Assembly (NCBI GenBank): GCA_030141605.1
Contig: JAQGDQ010000906.1
Span: forward strand, 17,654 to 81,653
DNA length: 64,000 nt
Direction: 5' to 3'
From: Tubiluchus corallicola
Lineage: Eukaryota > Animalia > Priapulida
The translations under genes and the position numbers were made by a program. Of this stretch, positions 41,669 through 55,287 are shown piece by piece. The stretch's first letter is position 1. Every line of letters starts with the position of its first letter. A model generated the notes under the pieces. That model was not told where the DNA came from and searched no databases. It saw only the letters and a list, made by a program, of their open reading frames with translations.

Positions 41669-42332
41669 CGGAAACAATGCGATTTTTAAACTAAACGTAT
41701 GTAGATTAAATTACATAATGTGCTCTAATGTTACCTGGTAAATTGACATCAATTTTGTGAAAATATTTTTTACACATTTTAATGTAAACTTTCAATGTAC
41801 GCAGTTAATACACGTTGAGAAGAAACCTATCAATTGTCTAAATTATCCGAAAAAAACTAATTAACTTAAATACTGTTGTTTTACAATTATTTTATTTTAT
41901 TTAATTATTTTATAATTATTATGAATTATCGCCTTTCATTTAATTATTTTGCATTTATTACGAATTATTACATTTTATTTAATTATTTTAGAATTATTAC
42001 ATTTTATTTTTTGCAAATGAAAACAAAAACAGATCATAAAAAATTCATTTGTTTTAATTCACACAGAATTTCAAAACACACATACATACAGCTCTCACAA
42101 GAAATACAGCATTAATCGCTTTTAAATGACCTACTTTCGTACACGCTAGATGGCAGCAACTGCTCAAACGTAAAAATGGCTGACAATAACCGTACAGGAA
42201 TTCTAACAATAGGGCAAATTATTCATGTTCTACGACATACATATATATATATATATACAAAAAAAACGATTGGTAATCTTGTGCATGTTATATATAATAA
42301 CATATATTACTATTTACAAGCGTTGGCCATAA

Positions 42333-42562
42333 CATTTAAACTGTTTGTGGTATGTTAAAGGACAAGTCACTTAGCATGTTCGGTTTATATTGTTGTTATC
42401 ATTTAAACTGTTTGTGGTATGTTAAAGGACAAGTCACTTAGCATGCGCGGCTTATATTGTTATTATCATTTAAACTGTTTGTGGTATGTTAAAGGACAAG
42501 TCACTTATCATGTTTGGTTTATATTGTTGTTATCATTTAAACTGTTTGTGGTATGTTAAAGG
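42333..42562. repeat. 67-bp tandem repeat, ~3.4 copies
   Basis: CATTTAAACTGTTTGTGGTATGTTAAAGGA at 42333, 42400, 42467 and 42534. Confidence 0.92.
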
Positions 42563-42682
42563 ATGTTTCTGTCACTGGAGCAGTTACACAGGAGTGGCCT
42601 CTCCAGGGCAAGGTGTATGGAGATCCTGAGTTGCCCAGACAACAGGAAACCCCCCCACTTGGCTGCAGTAGTCAGTGAGCAT
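42563..42682 (-). mobile_element. Fragment of the RTE 5'-UTR-like part of the same family
   Basis: CCTGTTGTCTGGGCAACTCAGGATCTCCATACACCTTGCCC matches ~6756-6796, but the sequence continues differently after CCCTGGAGA. Confidence 0.6.
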
Positions 42683-43027
42683 GAGCCAAAACATTTAATA
42701 GTAGAATAACAAACTTCCCTGCAAAATAATGAATTCCTTCCAAATTATCATCATCATCATCATCATCATCACCACCACCACCACCACCACCACCACCACC
42801 ATCCTATCTCAATCCAAAATGATTGGATTGAGATAAAGAACAAGGATATAGAGGATATAAAGAACAATCTTCTTTTCCTTCAAGAGTCAAAAAATTGTTG
42901 AAAAAGAACTTGTTTTGCAAAATCCACCCCCCCCCCCCCCCGGGAGCTGTTACTCCCCCGTTAGCTACGCTACTGATGACTGCTGCTGCCCTCTCTGTAC
43001 AGAAATCATGGGAAAAAGCGCCTAATT

Positions 43028-43049
43028 TTTATTGCTAGTACATTTTATT
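43028..43049 (-). terminator. Two AATAAA polyadenylation signals of PRC1
   Basis: TTTATT on the plus strand at 43028-43033 and 43044-43049, just downstream of the PRC1 stop. Confidence 0.5.
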
Positions 43050-43150
43050 TGCAAATCATAACAGAACACACATAAATACACACAGATTAATAAGAACAAA
43101 AAATCAGATTGTCAAGACTTGGGGGTGGGGAATTACTGGAATGTGGCACG

Positions 43151-43258
43151 TCATATTTTCCACATTCCAGCAATTCGATAATTCTTCTTCGACGTCGGAA
43201 GCCGTGACCGGATGAAGCTGCTCTTCATCCTGTCTTTTCCCTCGCCATTGAGCTCTTC
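43151..43258 (-). CDS. PRC1: PRC1 terminal exon EELNGEGKDRMKSSFIRSRLPTSKKNYRIAGMWKI*
   Basis: Acceptor TTTTCTCGTTTCAG, phase 0, TGA at 43151-43153, with AATAAA signals ~100 nt downstream. Confidence 0.75.
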   Translation of the reverse strand, partial: EELNGEGKDRMKSSFIRSRLPTSKKNYRIAGMWKI

Positions 43259-45134
43259 CTGAAACGAGAAAAGTAACCCTTATAAACCGGTTTGTTTCGC
43301 CGTAAAGCCAGTCTCGTTCTTGTTCATGTTTACAATACAAAAACATTGCAGCTTTCTCATTGCTAGACAAAAGTGCATGCTAAATTTTGACATATTAACA
43401 AGTTAAAGGACAACAGGACGATTTTTCATATACCGCCCCATTTTCAAATCCGATAAAAAGTATACATTTTAACACAGTTGATACTGCAAAAGCGTTTCTG
43501 ATAATTAAATAGTTAATTAATTAAGGGTGGGTGAGCCCAACTGTAGATGATATCACAAACTAACATAATTTTCAAAAGCAACTCATTTTGATACCAAGTT
43601 CATCTCTCTATGTTATTTCTAAGCCGAGATAATGCACGTTGAAGTTGAGGTCCGTTTGTGTGAGCTTGCATAGGAAACTCGTCCATAAGTCGGCAATTAA
43701 GCTTTTCTAGTTATTCACATATCCTGAATCTCCCATTTCATGAGGATCATTTTGATACCAAGCTCATCGCTCTATGTTATTTCTAAGCTGAGATAATCCA
43801 CGTTGAAGTTGAGGTGCAGGCTGCACACTGAAAAACATAATCTTGAGAAAATCACTGTTAAAGTCAGCCATTGTTTTTTTGTCACGTTTCTACAAAACAC
43901 TTAGCAACGGCGCGAAAGTTGGTTGCTATGGACTTTGTAAGGTCACATTCAAGTTATGTTTAAATCCAGTAGATGGCTCTTCCTGATGAAGATCTGGGCT
44001 TGTCAACAGAAAAAAAAACCCGAAGCAAAATGGCTGCTTCCAGGAGCTACAATAGGAGTTTGAAAATACAAGTTTTTTACAATTGCAGTACTAGTTGCTA
44101 TTCAGAAAAGTGGGAGTTATAAAGGAGTTATAAAATTAGATTTTTATAACATTTCAAACATTTTCTCAATAATTTTTGATGCTAGAATATATAAGTAAAA
44201 TATATTAAGCATTTGTTTTTATTTAAAACAAGAAATTTACCTTCGACCAAAATTTTAGTGCATTCTACTTTGAAACATCATAACGTAGTTTTAACTATGC
44301 CGACTTATGGACGGTTTTGGTTTGCAAGCCACACATTTATTAATTTGAATATGCCAGTAAGAGTTATTTTCTGGAGATAACAGTCATAGCTATAAGCGGA
44401 AAATTAATTTTTTTTCTTCCTCCGGCTCTAGGTCCTCATAACATTAATTTTAAATACGTAATGGTTAAATTATTATTTAAAGATATTCACGTGTGTCTCT
44501 TCTTTCCCATTATTGAACATTATTTTATTATAAACTAACACATTCGTATAATAATTCAGCTATTTTTAGCGATATTAGTAAACATTTTTTAGCTATTTTT
44601 AGCGACATTTGCAGACATTTTTAGTTATTTTTAGCGATATTAATAAACATTTTTAGTTATATTTAGCGATATTAGTAAACATTTTTTAGCTATTTTTAGC
44701 GACATTTGTAGATATTTTTAGCGATATTAGTATACATTTTTTAGTTATTTTTAGCGACATTTGTAGACATTTTTAGTTATTTTTAGCGACATTTTTAGTT
44801 ATTTTTAGTGATATTAGTAAACATTTTTTAGCTTTTTTTAGCGACATTTGTAGATATTTTTTAGCTATTTTTAGCGACATTTGTAGACATTTTACATTTT
44901 ACAGTGAAATTTTCATCTTGTATGTGCTGCCATCTATCAACCTGAAAACAAGTAGCAGGTAGAAAAGAGTGATTTTCTTAAGATACTGCACAGCCTGCAC
45001 CTCGACTTCAACATGGATTATGGTTTGCAAGCACACATTTTACAGTGAAAGTTTCATCTTGTATGTGCTGCCATCTATCAACCTGAAAACAAATTTTCAT
45101 CTTGGTTCAAACCGAATTCGTAGAAACCACTCAC

Positions 45135-45296
45135 TGCGAATTCCTTGTAGTCGACGTTCGCCCCGAGTGACATGATGGTGCTGTCGTTCTTCGGATGCTT
45201 GACCGTCGTGGCGCTCAGGTGATTCTCCGTCTCGTTCCGATCTCTCAGCGCTCGTCGCGATCGCGATCGCAACGACGACATTTCGATATTGTACTT
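45135..45296 (-). CDS. PRC1: PRC1 exon KYNIEMSS...SLGANVDYKEFA
   Basis: 162 nt, phase 0, GTGAGT donor. Ends in a Y.EF motif like the YSEF of PRC1. Confidence 0.85.
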
Positions 45297-45832
45297 CTAG
45301 AACAACAACAAATCGATCTTATAATCAAGTGGAGTTACTGTAGGTCAAAGGTTAACTGTACTGCACGCAGAGTTGCTGTAGGTCAAAGGTTAGTGCCAAA
45401 GGTCGTGTAGGTCAAAGGTTAAGTGTACCACACGCGGAGTTGCTGTAGGTCAAAGGTTAGTGTCAAAGGTCGTGTAGGTGAAAGGTTAAGCGTACCACAG
45501 CAACACATCCTTACTACACCATCACGTGATATGTGGGTAAAACAAAGCCATATGCTAAATCGGTTCAGTAACTTCAGTTGTTTTACGTGAACTTTACTAA
45601 ATTATACATTAGTCTGTGTGTAGAGTGATTTACTGGCAGGGTCTTGTTTACTATAACCGTTCCATGATTTTGTGATAAGTTTAAGTGATAATATTATTCA
45701 TATGTATATATATCACTTAAACTGAGAAAAATCACGTGATGGTTGTTTTTGAAGCTCCTGCTGCTTTTCACTATGTTACCAACTGCAGTTCAAGCACTAG
45801 GTGACTAGGTGTTTTGTGTGAATATGTGCAGC

Positions 45833-46070
45833 CAGGGCCTATTTCAGGGAAGGGGGAGTGGGGATACTTCCCCTGGGCCTCACCCTCCAGGGGTGACATT
45901 TTTTTTTGCTTTATGCGAACATTCAATTATTCATTCCTTTAACAACTACATAACTCTTCGAAAATGCTTCTCCGGCATTCTAGCAGTTCAAAAATTCCCC
46001 CTCCCTTCGAGGGGGCCTGACACGCCCCACTTCCCTGGGCCTCGCTTAGGCTGAAATAGTAGAGGCCCTG
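45833..46070. mobile_element. Short hAT-like MITE
   Basis: CAGGGCCT..ATTTCAG / CTGAAAT..AGGCCCTG termini, with a degenerate 8-bp TSD (TGTGCAGC/CATGCAGC). Confidence 0.6.
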
Positions 46071-46537
46071 CATGCAGCATACAGTAACAGATTTTAAATA
46101 TTTTTGTCATTATGAGAATTTCATGAACCGACTTCTTCATCGAGACAAGTACTGGCCGCTCCTATGCAAAAGTATATAAAAACTGTCTGCAATTGACTCA
46201 AATAACTCCGCACAATTGATTCTATATTTTTATACATAGAGATATACACGTGATTACACTGATGTACGTGATGTAAACAAAGTGATGGCCTGCTAGCTAG
46301 CGGTCAGCTTGTGAAATAATGTAATGGGTGCGTAAAAATTTTCTCAACAAATTTACGCGATTTACAAAAATGGCACTACTAGTCTTCTAAAAACTCGAAA
46401 TTCCGCAGAAAATTCTCATCCCTGCTGTACAACAGCTGCGGTCTTGCCTATCATGTGCGCGTTTGCATCCGTGACACGAACGAACTATAAAAGTGCAACT
46501 TATAAAAGACATCTAGTGCCATGAGGAGCGTCCATAC

Positions 46538-46582
46538 CTTTCTCTCGCACAAACTCCGACTTCTACGGCGCACGCTCCCAAT
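46538..46582 (-). CDS. PRC1: Putative PRC1 short exon IGSVRRRSRSLCERK
   Basis: 45 nt, phase 0, TTTTTTATTCTTAG acceptor and GTATGG donor. Basic sequence, but no strong motif. Confidence 0.55.
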
Positions 46583-46652
46583 CTAAGAATAAAAAACATG
46601 CATTCATGCAAAGTACTAGTCTAAAGAAGGCAAAGCGTCTAACAGGTTAAAG

Positions 46653-47118
46653 CAGGGGTGTGCAAATTGCGGCCCGGGCGATTAATTGAGTGTATCCAGC
46701 TGAAGTCCATACCACGATCCCAGAGATAGTGCGGGTAGTTTTTTCTACTAGATCGGATGCCATTAACACTTACAAGACGATTGTAGCTTAATGTCACTGT
46801 ACTACACAGACTGTGTGATACACATTACTAAATGTCACTGTACTACACAGACTATGTGATACACATTACTAATATGCATTGTAATGAAATTACCACTATC
46901 TGTCCTGAAAGTAGAAATATATGGTTTGTAATATAAATTTTAATAACTTCTGAAATAGTTTCTTGAGTATAATAGTAATGATGTACGCAGGTCGGATGCA
47001 AAAAAAATCGTTATTAGGCCTTTCTGTACTTGGCTCCTTGATCAAACTGCATGTGACCCGCAGGAATTGCGGGAATGTTTAATGTGGCCCGGCTAGTCAG
47101 ATAATTTGCACACCCCTG
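46653..47118. mobile_element. hAT-type MITE family C, 8-bp TSD GGTTAAAG
   Basis: CAGGGGTGTGCAAATT...AATTTGCACACCCCTG with a perfect TSD. A truncated copy lies at 51159-~51610. Confidence 0.9.
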
Positions 47119-47379
47119 GGTTAAAGGTCAAATTTGCCATTATAGTCAACCAGACCTTAGCAAAAGCAAAGCTTTGCTACAATGTTTCGTGTTTATCAGA
47201 AGCAAGCTTCACATCCTCAAAAACCTACGTCAATACTAATGTTGCAACAGGACGTGCGAAGCCGTTTTAGTGAAGCGATAAAAAAATTGCAAAACAACTG
47301 GCTAAGGCACTGAAATCGACTAACTAGACGCTTTTACGTCTGCACAAGATCGGTATCCGCTACGTTACCCTAGTAACCC

Positions 47380-48028
<649 letters not shown>

Positions 48029-48119
48029 TACAAATGGAAATTTTGCCTACAAAATTACAAAACTATTTCGTTAAATTTGAATAAAATTGAACACCATTTT
48101 AAATACAATAATCTTACAC

Positions 48120-49060
48120 ATAAAGGAGAAGTCAACCATAATAAATTCATCGTTTTTCTCTCTTATCCCAACTAGAACATACAAGTCACTAAACCACCGT
48201 AAAAGTACAAACGTTTATAAAGAATAATGCAACGATTAAAGGAGAGATCAACCGTAATAAACTCATCGTTTTTCTCTCTTATCCCAGTTAGAACACACAA
48301 GTAAAAACCACCGTAAAAGTACAAACGTTCGTAATGAATAATGCAACGATTAAATGAGAGATCAACCGTAATAAACTCATCGTTTTTCTCTCTTACCCCA
48401 GTTAGAACACACAAGTCACTAAACCACCGTAAAAGTACAAACGTTCGTAATGAATAATGCGACGATTAAAGGAGAGGTCAACCATAATAAACTCATCGTT
48501 TTTCTCTCTTACCCCAGTTAGAACACACAAGTCACTAATTCACCGTAAAAGTACAAACGTTCGTAATGAATAATGCAACGATTAAAGGAGAGATCAACCG
48601 TAATAAACTCATCGTTTTTCTCTCTTACCCCAGTTAGAACACACAAGTCACTAATTCACCGTAAAAGTACAAACGTTCGTAATGAATAATGCAACGATTA
48701 AAGGAGAGATCAACCGTAATAAACTCATCGTTTTTCTCTCTTACCCCAGTTAGAACACACAAGGCACTAAACCACCGTAAAAGTACAAACGTTCATAAAG
48801 AATAATGCAACGATTAAAGGAGAAGTCAACCATAATAAACTCATCGTTTTTCTCTCTTATCCCAGTCTTACACAAGTCACTAATTCACCGTAAAAGTACA
48901 AACGTTCGTAAAGAATAATGCAACGATTAAAGGAGAAGTCAACCGTAATAAACTCATCGTTTTTCTCTCTTACACCAGTTAGAACACACAAGTCACTAAT
49001 TCACCGTAAAAGTACAAACGTTCGTAATGAATAATGCGACGATTAAAGGAAAAGTCAACA
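48120..49060. repeat. ~120-bp minisatellite, ~8 copies
   Basis: The unit contains TAATAAACTCATCGTTTTTCTCTCTTA and CACCGTAAAAGTACAAACGTT. Confidence 0.95.
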
Positions 49061-49707
49061 TTTCTGGGCAGTTGGGCTTACTTCAATCTTACGTTAAAAT
49101 CACTTTAAAATCATGATCACTTCAGGTTTGGGAGCTCCCATTTGAACGCCTATTCTTTCATTACTCACGTTTATCATGAGCCGAAGAAAAGCCGCACACT
49201 GCCAACTTTTGTCAAAAATATAATAAGGTTTTGCAAAGCTAAATAGCCAGTCTTCTTCATAAATGCGTGAACATTAGCTAAGCTACAGAAGTTTGAATTA
49301 GTTTAATCACCGAGCGCTTACGGAAAGCTTACGACTAACGGTGAGCATTCTCTCCCAGAAAGTGAAAAATATTCGAAACAAACATCTTACAAAGATCGTG
49401 CATATTACCCGATTTTGATCTACGGTAAAACCACTACTAGTTTGTTAAAAATTATTGAGCCGAAACTGCAGCTAAATTATGCTAATTGCACGCTGTTTCA
49501 CACATATGTGGCTAAGGTGCTGAATTACTGTCACCTATAATTTTAGGGTCGAATTAAATTTGAAGCAAAAAACTTGTTCGAATCGAATTCTGACTCTCTG
49601 ACATTCCATGCTCACCCCCACCCATGAAGCGCTTACAAAAAGTTACAAAGTCTGCCAACTGTGTCACGCAAGAGCCACCTAGTGTGTAAAATCAGTAACA
49701 TATCCAC

Positions 49708-49830
49708 CTTTCGTTGCTTGGCTGGTGTCGTCTTAGTTGGCGTCGTGCCAATAAACCGCTTACGCGATCTGGTATTTGGCTTGCTGCCAAATGTCATCTC
49801 GTGTTCGACCTCTCGAGATTTCTTCTGTTT
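49708..49830 (-). CDS. PRC1: PRC1 exon KQKKSREVEHEMTFGSKPNTRSRKRFIGTTPTKTTPAKQRK
   Basis: 123 nt, phase 0. EM.(Y/F)GS.P motif and a basic tail with TP (CDK-type) sites, as in PRC1. Confidence 0.88.
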
Positions 49831-50269
49831 CTGAAACGAGGAACGAAGCGCCTTTAAGCAACCGAGTTCAAAATTGCGAAGCTTTCGATGTAAATTTACC
49901 TAAAATTCAACCTTCTGGTGGTTTTGAATGAAATTTAATTATTTTTTGTCGATTGCTTGTCTTTATTATAGGACAGTTTACTACGACAGTGACTCGACAG
50001 TGCGCCCTATAACTCATATAAATTATCCATGCATATAAAGCCTTAGTCAAGTGTCATCGTCATCATCATCGTCATCATCAGCAGCAGCAGCAGCAGCATA
50101 CGCCCGTCATGTCTATTGTAGACATTGGGCAGGCAGAATTCTAAAATAAAAGAAAGCTGCCTTCAGAGAGGTAAACGCAGCAGTAATCCAGCAAAAAATT
50201 AGACACTGCTACGCCAGTGGCTTGTCAGCACCACCTCCGAAAAGTGTCCCACTTTTATTAGCAGAGGCG

Positions 50270-50718
50270 GAAGAGCGCACATCTTTGAAAATATAAAATG
50301 ACAGGATGCAAAATGAACACAGCTGCTGTAGCAGTCTACAAAAATGTTCAACAGATGGCTCTAGTGGGCAGTGAGAAAATGGCATAGATCAAATAAACCT
50401 ATTAGTAGGCATCTTTGTATGAAGAGCGGATATCTTTGAAAATATATAATGACGGGATGCAAAATGAACACAGCTACTGTGGCAGTTTACAAAAATGTTC
50501 AACAGATGGCTCTAGTGGGCAGTGAGAAAATGGCATAGATCAAATAAACCTATTAGTAGACATCTTTGTATGAAGAGCGGATATCTTTGAAAATATATAA
50601 TGACGGGATGCAAAATGAACACCGCTACTGTGGCCGTTTACAAAAATGTCCAACAGATGGCTCTAGTGGGTAGTAAGTAACAGAGAAAATGGCATAGATA
50701 AAACAAACCTATTAGTAG
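50270..50718. repeat. 151-bp tandem repeat, 3 copies
   Basis: GAAGAGCG..ATCTTTGAAAATATA recurs at 50270, 50421 and 50572. Confidence 0.9.
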
Positions 50719-51669
50719 CTGACGGCTTACGATATATGCAACTGGAGATTGTTCAACTTTGCGACCAATCATGTAAGTAAAGAAATTAAGTGTAAGTGAT
50801 AATTAATGTAAGTAATAAATGTAAGTAAAGAAGTTTATTTGTCTCTGAAAGTTACAAACTAAACATAAACAAAAGCTAAAAACTAAAATAAAGACGGAAA
50901 AGAGACGGGGTGGGGAAAAGACCAAGGGTCAGCAAGTTAACCACCCCTATCCAAACTGAAGAAAATTAAGTGACCTGTCAAGTAAGGTGTGTACAAATGA
51001 AAATAATCAGCAACTTAATAAAACAAAAAAATGAGGCAACAACTTCAAATGAGTTTAAATTTAGAAACAGTAAATAAGTTTAGAGACAAAATTTAAATTA
51101 GCAAACAAAACGGAAAATTTAAACTCGTCAAAAACAAAACTAATAATTACATATAAATCAGGGGTGTACAAATTGTGGCCCGCCGAGAGAATTTGTGCGG
51201 CCCGCGAAGAGATTTGTCAACCTAATGAAAGTGCGGCCCGGGCGATTAATTGAGTGTATCCAGCTGAAGTCCGTGCCACGATCCCAAAGATAGTGCGGGT
51301 AGTTTTTTCTACTAGATCGGATGCCATTAACCCTTACAAGACGGTTGTAGCTTAATGTCACTGTACTACACAGACTGCGTGATACACATTACTAATATGC
51401 ATTGTAATGAAATTACCACTATCTGTCCTGAAAGTAGAAATATATGGTTTTAATATAAATTTCAATAACTTCTAAAATAGTTTCTTCAGTGTAGTAGTAA
51501 TGATGTACGCAAGTCGGACGCAAAAAAAATCGTTATTAGGCCTTTCTGTACTTGGCTCCTTCATCAAACTGCCTGTGGCCCGCAGGAATTGTGGGAAAGT
51601 TTAATGTGGAAAAAAATGAAGTAATGTCAAGTCACGAATCATCTAGTAAGTATGTCAGGACAATCATAC

Positions 51670-51816
51670 CCGCTGTAGTTTCTCCGCCTCTTTGGCCGAA
51701 TGATACTGCTCCCATTCGTGGTTCACGTAGTCTTTGAACCGCACGCCGTTCACCAGGAATGAGCTGCTGTGTTCCTCCTCCCACGCTGTTATCATGCGAT
51801 TCAACTCCCCTTCCAA
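51670..51816 (-). CDS. PRC1: PRC1 exon LEGELNRMITAWEEEHSSSFLVNGVRFKDYVNHEWEQYHSAKEAEKLQR
   Basis: 147 nt, TTTTAG acceptor and GTATGA donor. WE.EH...F.VNG..F motif. Confidence 0.93.
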
Positions 51817-52067
51817 CTAAAATCAAACGTGTGCTTTACAAAGATAGCATGCGATTCAACTCCCCTTCCAACTAAAATCAAACGTGTGCTTTACAAATAT
51901 AGATTGCGATTCAACTCCCCTTCCAACTAAAATCAAACGTGTGCTTTACAAAGATAGCATGCGATTCAACTCCCCTTCCAACTAAAATCAAACGTGTGCT
52001 TTACAAAGATAGCATGCGATTCAACTCCCCTTCCAACTAAAATCAAACGTGTGCTTTACAAAGATAG
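51794..52067. repeat. 55-bp tandem repeat, 5 copies, spanning a PRC1 splice acceptor
   Basis: Unit ATGCGATTCAACTCCCCTTCCAACTAAAATCAAACGTGTGCTTTACAAAGATAGC. Confidence 0.95.
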
Positions 52068-52261
52068 TAGCTAATTGCAAAGCGAAGCAGCGACATTAAA
52101 ATAACTGCCAAGTCATTTTTTATAAAAATCAACAACTTTAGTGGAAAAAGAATTTTATGCTCGGCAGTTACGTGAATTAATAAAACACATTAATTAAACA
52201 ATGACGGTACAGCTGCCATACCGCCAAACTTCGGCTGCTATATAAATATACACATATACAT

Positions 52262-52950
52262 GTGCTTGCATAGTAAAACCGTCCGTAAGTCGGCAATTAA
52301 GCTTTTCTAGTTATTCACATATCCTGAATCTCTATTTCATGAGGATCATTTTGATACCAAGTTCATCGCTCTATGTTATTTCTAAGCTGAGATAATCCAC
52401 GTTGAAGTTGAGGAGATAATCCACGTTGAAGTTGAGGTGCAGGCTGTACACTGAAAAACATAATCTTGAGAAAAATGCTGTTAAAGTCAGCCATTGTTTT
52501 TTACTATGTCTCTACAAAACACTTAGCAACCGCACAAATGTTGGTTGCTATGGACTTCGCAAGAACAGATTGAAGTTGTGTTTAAATCCAGTATATGGCT
52601 CTTCCTGACAAAGATCTGGGCTTGGCAACAGAAAAAAAACCCGGAATCAGAATGACTGCTTCCACGAGCTACAATCAGAGTTTGAAAATAAAGAAAAGTT
52701 TTCTTTAAATTGCAGTACAAGTTTCTAGAAACAAAAGTGGGTAAGGAGTTATAAAATTAAATTTTTAGTGTTTTTCGAACACTTTTTTGACAATTTAGTG
52801 CTAGAATATAAAAGTCTGATATACTTAGCATTGGTTTTCATAAAATATGTAAAATTGACATTTGACCAAATTTTTGATACATTCAACTTTGTGGCGGTAT
52901 AACGAAGTTTTAACTATGCCGACTTATGGACGGTTTTGGTATGCTAGCAC
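52262..52950. mobile_element. MITE with ~35-bp TIRs (GTGCTTGCAT..AAAACCGTCCRTAAGTCGGCA) flanked by AT
   Basis: TIRs at both ends. Related copies at ~43660-44333 and, inverted and partial, at ~59690-60057. Confidence 0.7.
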
Positions 52951-53119
52951 ATATGAATGTACATATACGTATGTATGTATGTATGTATATATATATATAT
53001 ATACATATATTAATACAGATACATATGTATGTGTACACACGCACGCACACACACACACACACAAACATACACCCACCCACCCATGCACGCACGCACACAA
53101 ACACCCAACCACCCATGCA

Positions 53120-53153
<34 letters not shown>

Positions 53154-53652
53154 TGCATATGTTTTAAATTTAAACCATAAAACGCAATAATCATTATAAC
53201 ATCGTTCTTTCACATAATGCAGAATGCGGCCATGTTTTTTCCACAACTAACTCTCTGCCAGGCAAGAGGGTTGCCTGCTCGTACGATACTTTGAATTGGA
53301 GGCTAAAAAGTGTCGAATTTTCCGCCAAATCGGCGTATTAACAACCGAGTAGTGTTGCCGTTTACGCTATAATTATCAGAACGTACGTGCGTTCATGATA
53401 TAAAAACAGACCATACAACCATGGATAATTATACGATAATTTAGTAATGCGAAACTAAAAAACAAAGCATGAAAAAACGTGCATTGAAAAACGTTACTGC
53501 TAGCCAGCGGGAAATAAACAAACTTTGACCCCCCCCTGATTTTAAATATTTCAGGATTCAGCTTTAAACATTCACAAAAAATTTTTTCGTCCCTCCCTAC
53601 TGACATCTTCTGCCCGTACGCAATCTGCAAAAGCTTATTCGTACGTATTGGA

Positions 53653-53676
53653 GTCTCTCTCTCTCTCCCTCGCTCT

Positions 53677-53726
<50 letters not shown>

Positions 53727-53760
53727 TTCTCTCTCTCTCCTCTCTCCTCTCTCTCTCCTC

Positions 53761-53856
<96 letters not shown>

Positions 53857-53972
53857 TGTCTTTCTCTCTCTCTAGCTCTCTCTCTCTCTCCGCTCACTCT
53901 CTGTCTCTCTCTTTCTTTCTCTCTCTCTCCCTTGCTCTCTCCTTCTCTCTTTCTCTCTCTCTCTCTTTCTCT
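53653..53972. repeat. (CT)n microsatellite
   Basis: Directly visible. Confidence 0.98.
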
Positions 53973-54032
53973 CATTGTTAGCAGTTCTGTAGTTTTATAC
54001 ATCATATTGAAAAGTCGTGAAAAGCGCGATAC

Positions 54033-54128
54033 CTTTGGAAATTCTTTCATTAACTTTTTTCTTTCCTTTTCCTCCTGCAATAGCCCGCCGCCCCGGTTAC
54101 CGAATCTATTCGGATCGTTTGCCTTCTT
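54033..54128 (-). CDS. PRC1: PRC1 exon [32 protein letters not shown] (microtubule-binding conserved motif)
   Basis: 96 nt. Contains the diagnostic MAP65/Ase1 motif DPNRF.NRGG.LL.EEK.R. Confidence 0.96.
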
Positions 54129-54236
54129 CTGAAACGACAAAACAAAATCTTTGCAATGCCTTGCAAGCATCGACTATATTTAATGAGCATTTTCACGGTT
54201 CCAACGATTGATGATCGTGAAAAGGTCAAAAGTAAA

Positions 54237-54897
54237 AGGAAAACCGGATGATTGTGTAAACACGAGTTCCGAATAAAGAATGCTCTAAAATATTGAAAAC
54301 TACAATAACTTATTTTAAACCAAAGCTTAGATTAAATAATAATTACCTCGGATACTCAAATTTCGTTAAACTTTCAAAGCTACGCGCGGCTCAGTGAATC
54401 TAATAAGATTGGCAGCGGCGCCTTTTTGTCACATTCGCATGGCCGTCAAATAGAAAGCGGTACCGTGATAAGCATGATCATGAACTACAATGTTAGTTTC
54501 TGACGTCATATGATGTAGAGCCCATTTTCGTGACAGCACGCATTTAAACAGTACTGTAACAGTTACACAAACGTATCGTGATAACCATGATCATGAACTG
54601 CAGTGTTAGTTTCTAACGTCATATGACATAAAGCCTATTTTCATGACATCACGCGTTTAAGCAGTACTGTAACATTTACGCAAACGTGCTTGGCGCGCAA
54701 GGGAGATGCCTGCCATTGCACAAACTGTGGTTAGTTTCTGACGTAAGCAACAGCTGTGGTAGGTTGCCGTTAATTAACTTTCTAAGCTAATTATTCAAAT
54801 ATAAGAAACAATTGTTACCTTTCATAGGCAAGAAAATGAATATTTTGGACAGTAAGATTAAAATGAGAACGAGTCTAAACAATCGTCTGGTTTTCCT
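54237..54897. mobile_element. Kolobok-like non-autonomous element
   Basis: AGGAAAACCGGATGATTG...CAATCGTCTGGTTTTCCT|TTAA, with AG..CT termini and a TAAA/TTAA target. Related ends occur at ~8425 and ~43407. Confidence 0.6.
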
Positions 54898-55287
54898 TTA
54901 AAGGACAAGAAAATGGCCAACCAAAGTAAGCCTCAGAAAATTCGCAATAAAAAATTATATCACTTAAGTATAATCTTAAGCGAATAAAGTTTTCCAATTC
55001 TTGTAAAATATTTCAACCGCTGCAGTAAATGTTGGCGCAGACATGTTTCATTTAGTCCGCCAATTGAAAAGCCAGCATGTGACTGATCACGTGGCATGAC
55101 ATCACTCGAACACAGTCGCAGTGAGTTCTGAGTACGTGTCCTATAAAGATTTGTGTTGTGGTTCTGTGACGCCATCTAATATGGCGCCGCCGTGACAGTC
55201 TCACGGGAGTATTTAAAATGAAAACAAACAGGAAATTCTTTTAACGTGAGTATGATAAACGCTTAAGATTGCCTCTAACCGTTATAA

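Noticed and set aside
43104-43370. ORF-track frames at 43104-43370 and 51632-51826
   Set aside because: Wrong frames; the PRC1 exons there are read in a different frame set by their splice acceptors.
49140-49230. Possible extra PRC1 exon ending at a GTGAGT donor near 49168
   Set aside because: No convincing acceptor or PRC1-like peptide. An additional small exon between 49708 and 46582 cannot be excluded.
53376-54170. 264-aa ORF with an ER repeat
   Set aside because: Only 54033-54128 is a real PRC1 exon; the rest is intron and (GA)n microsatellite.
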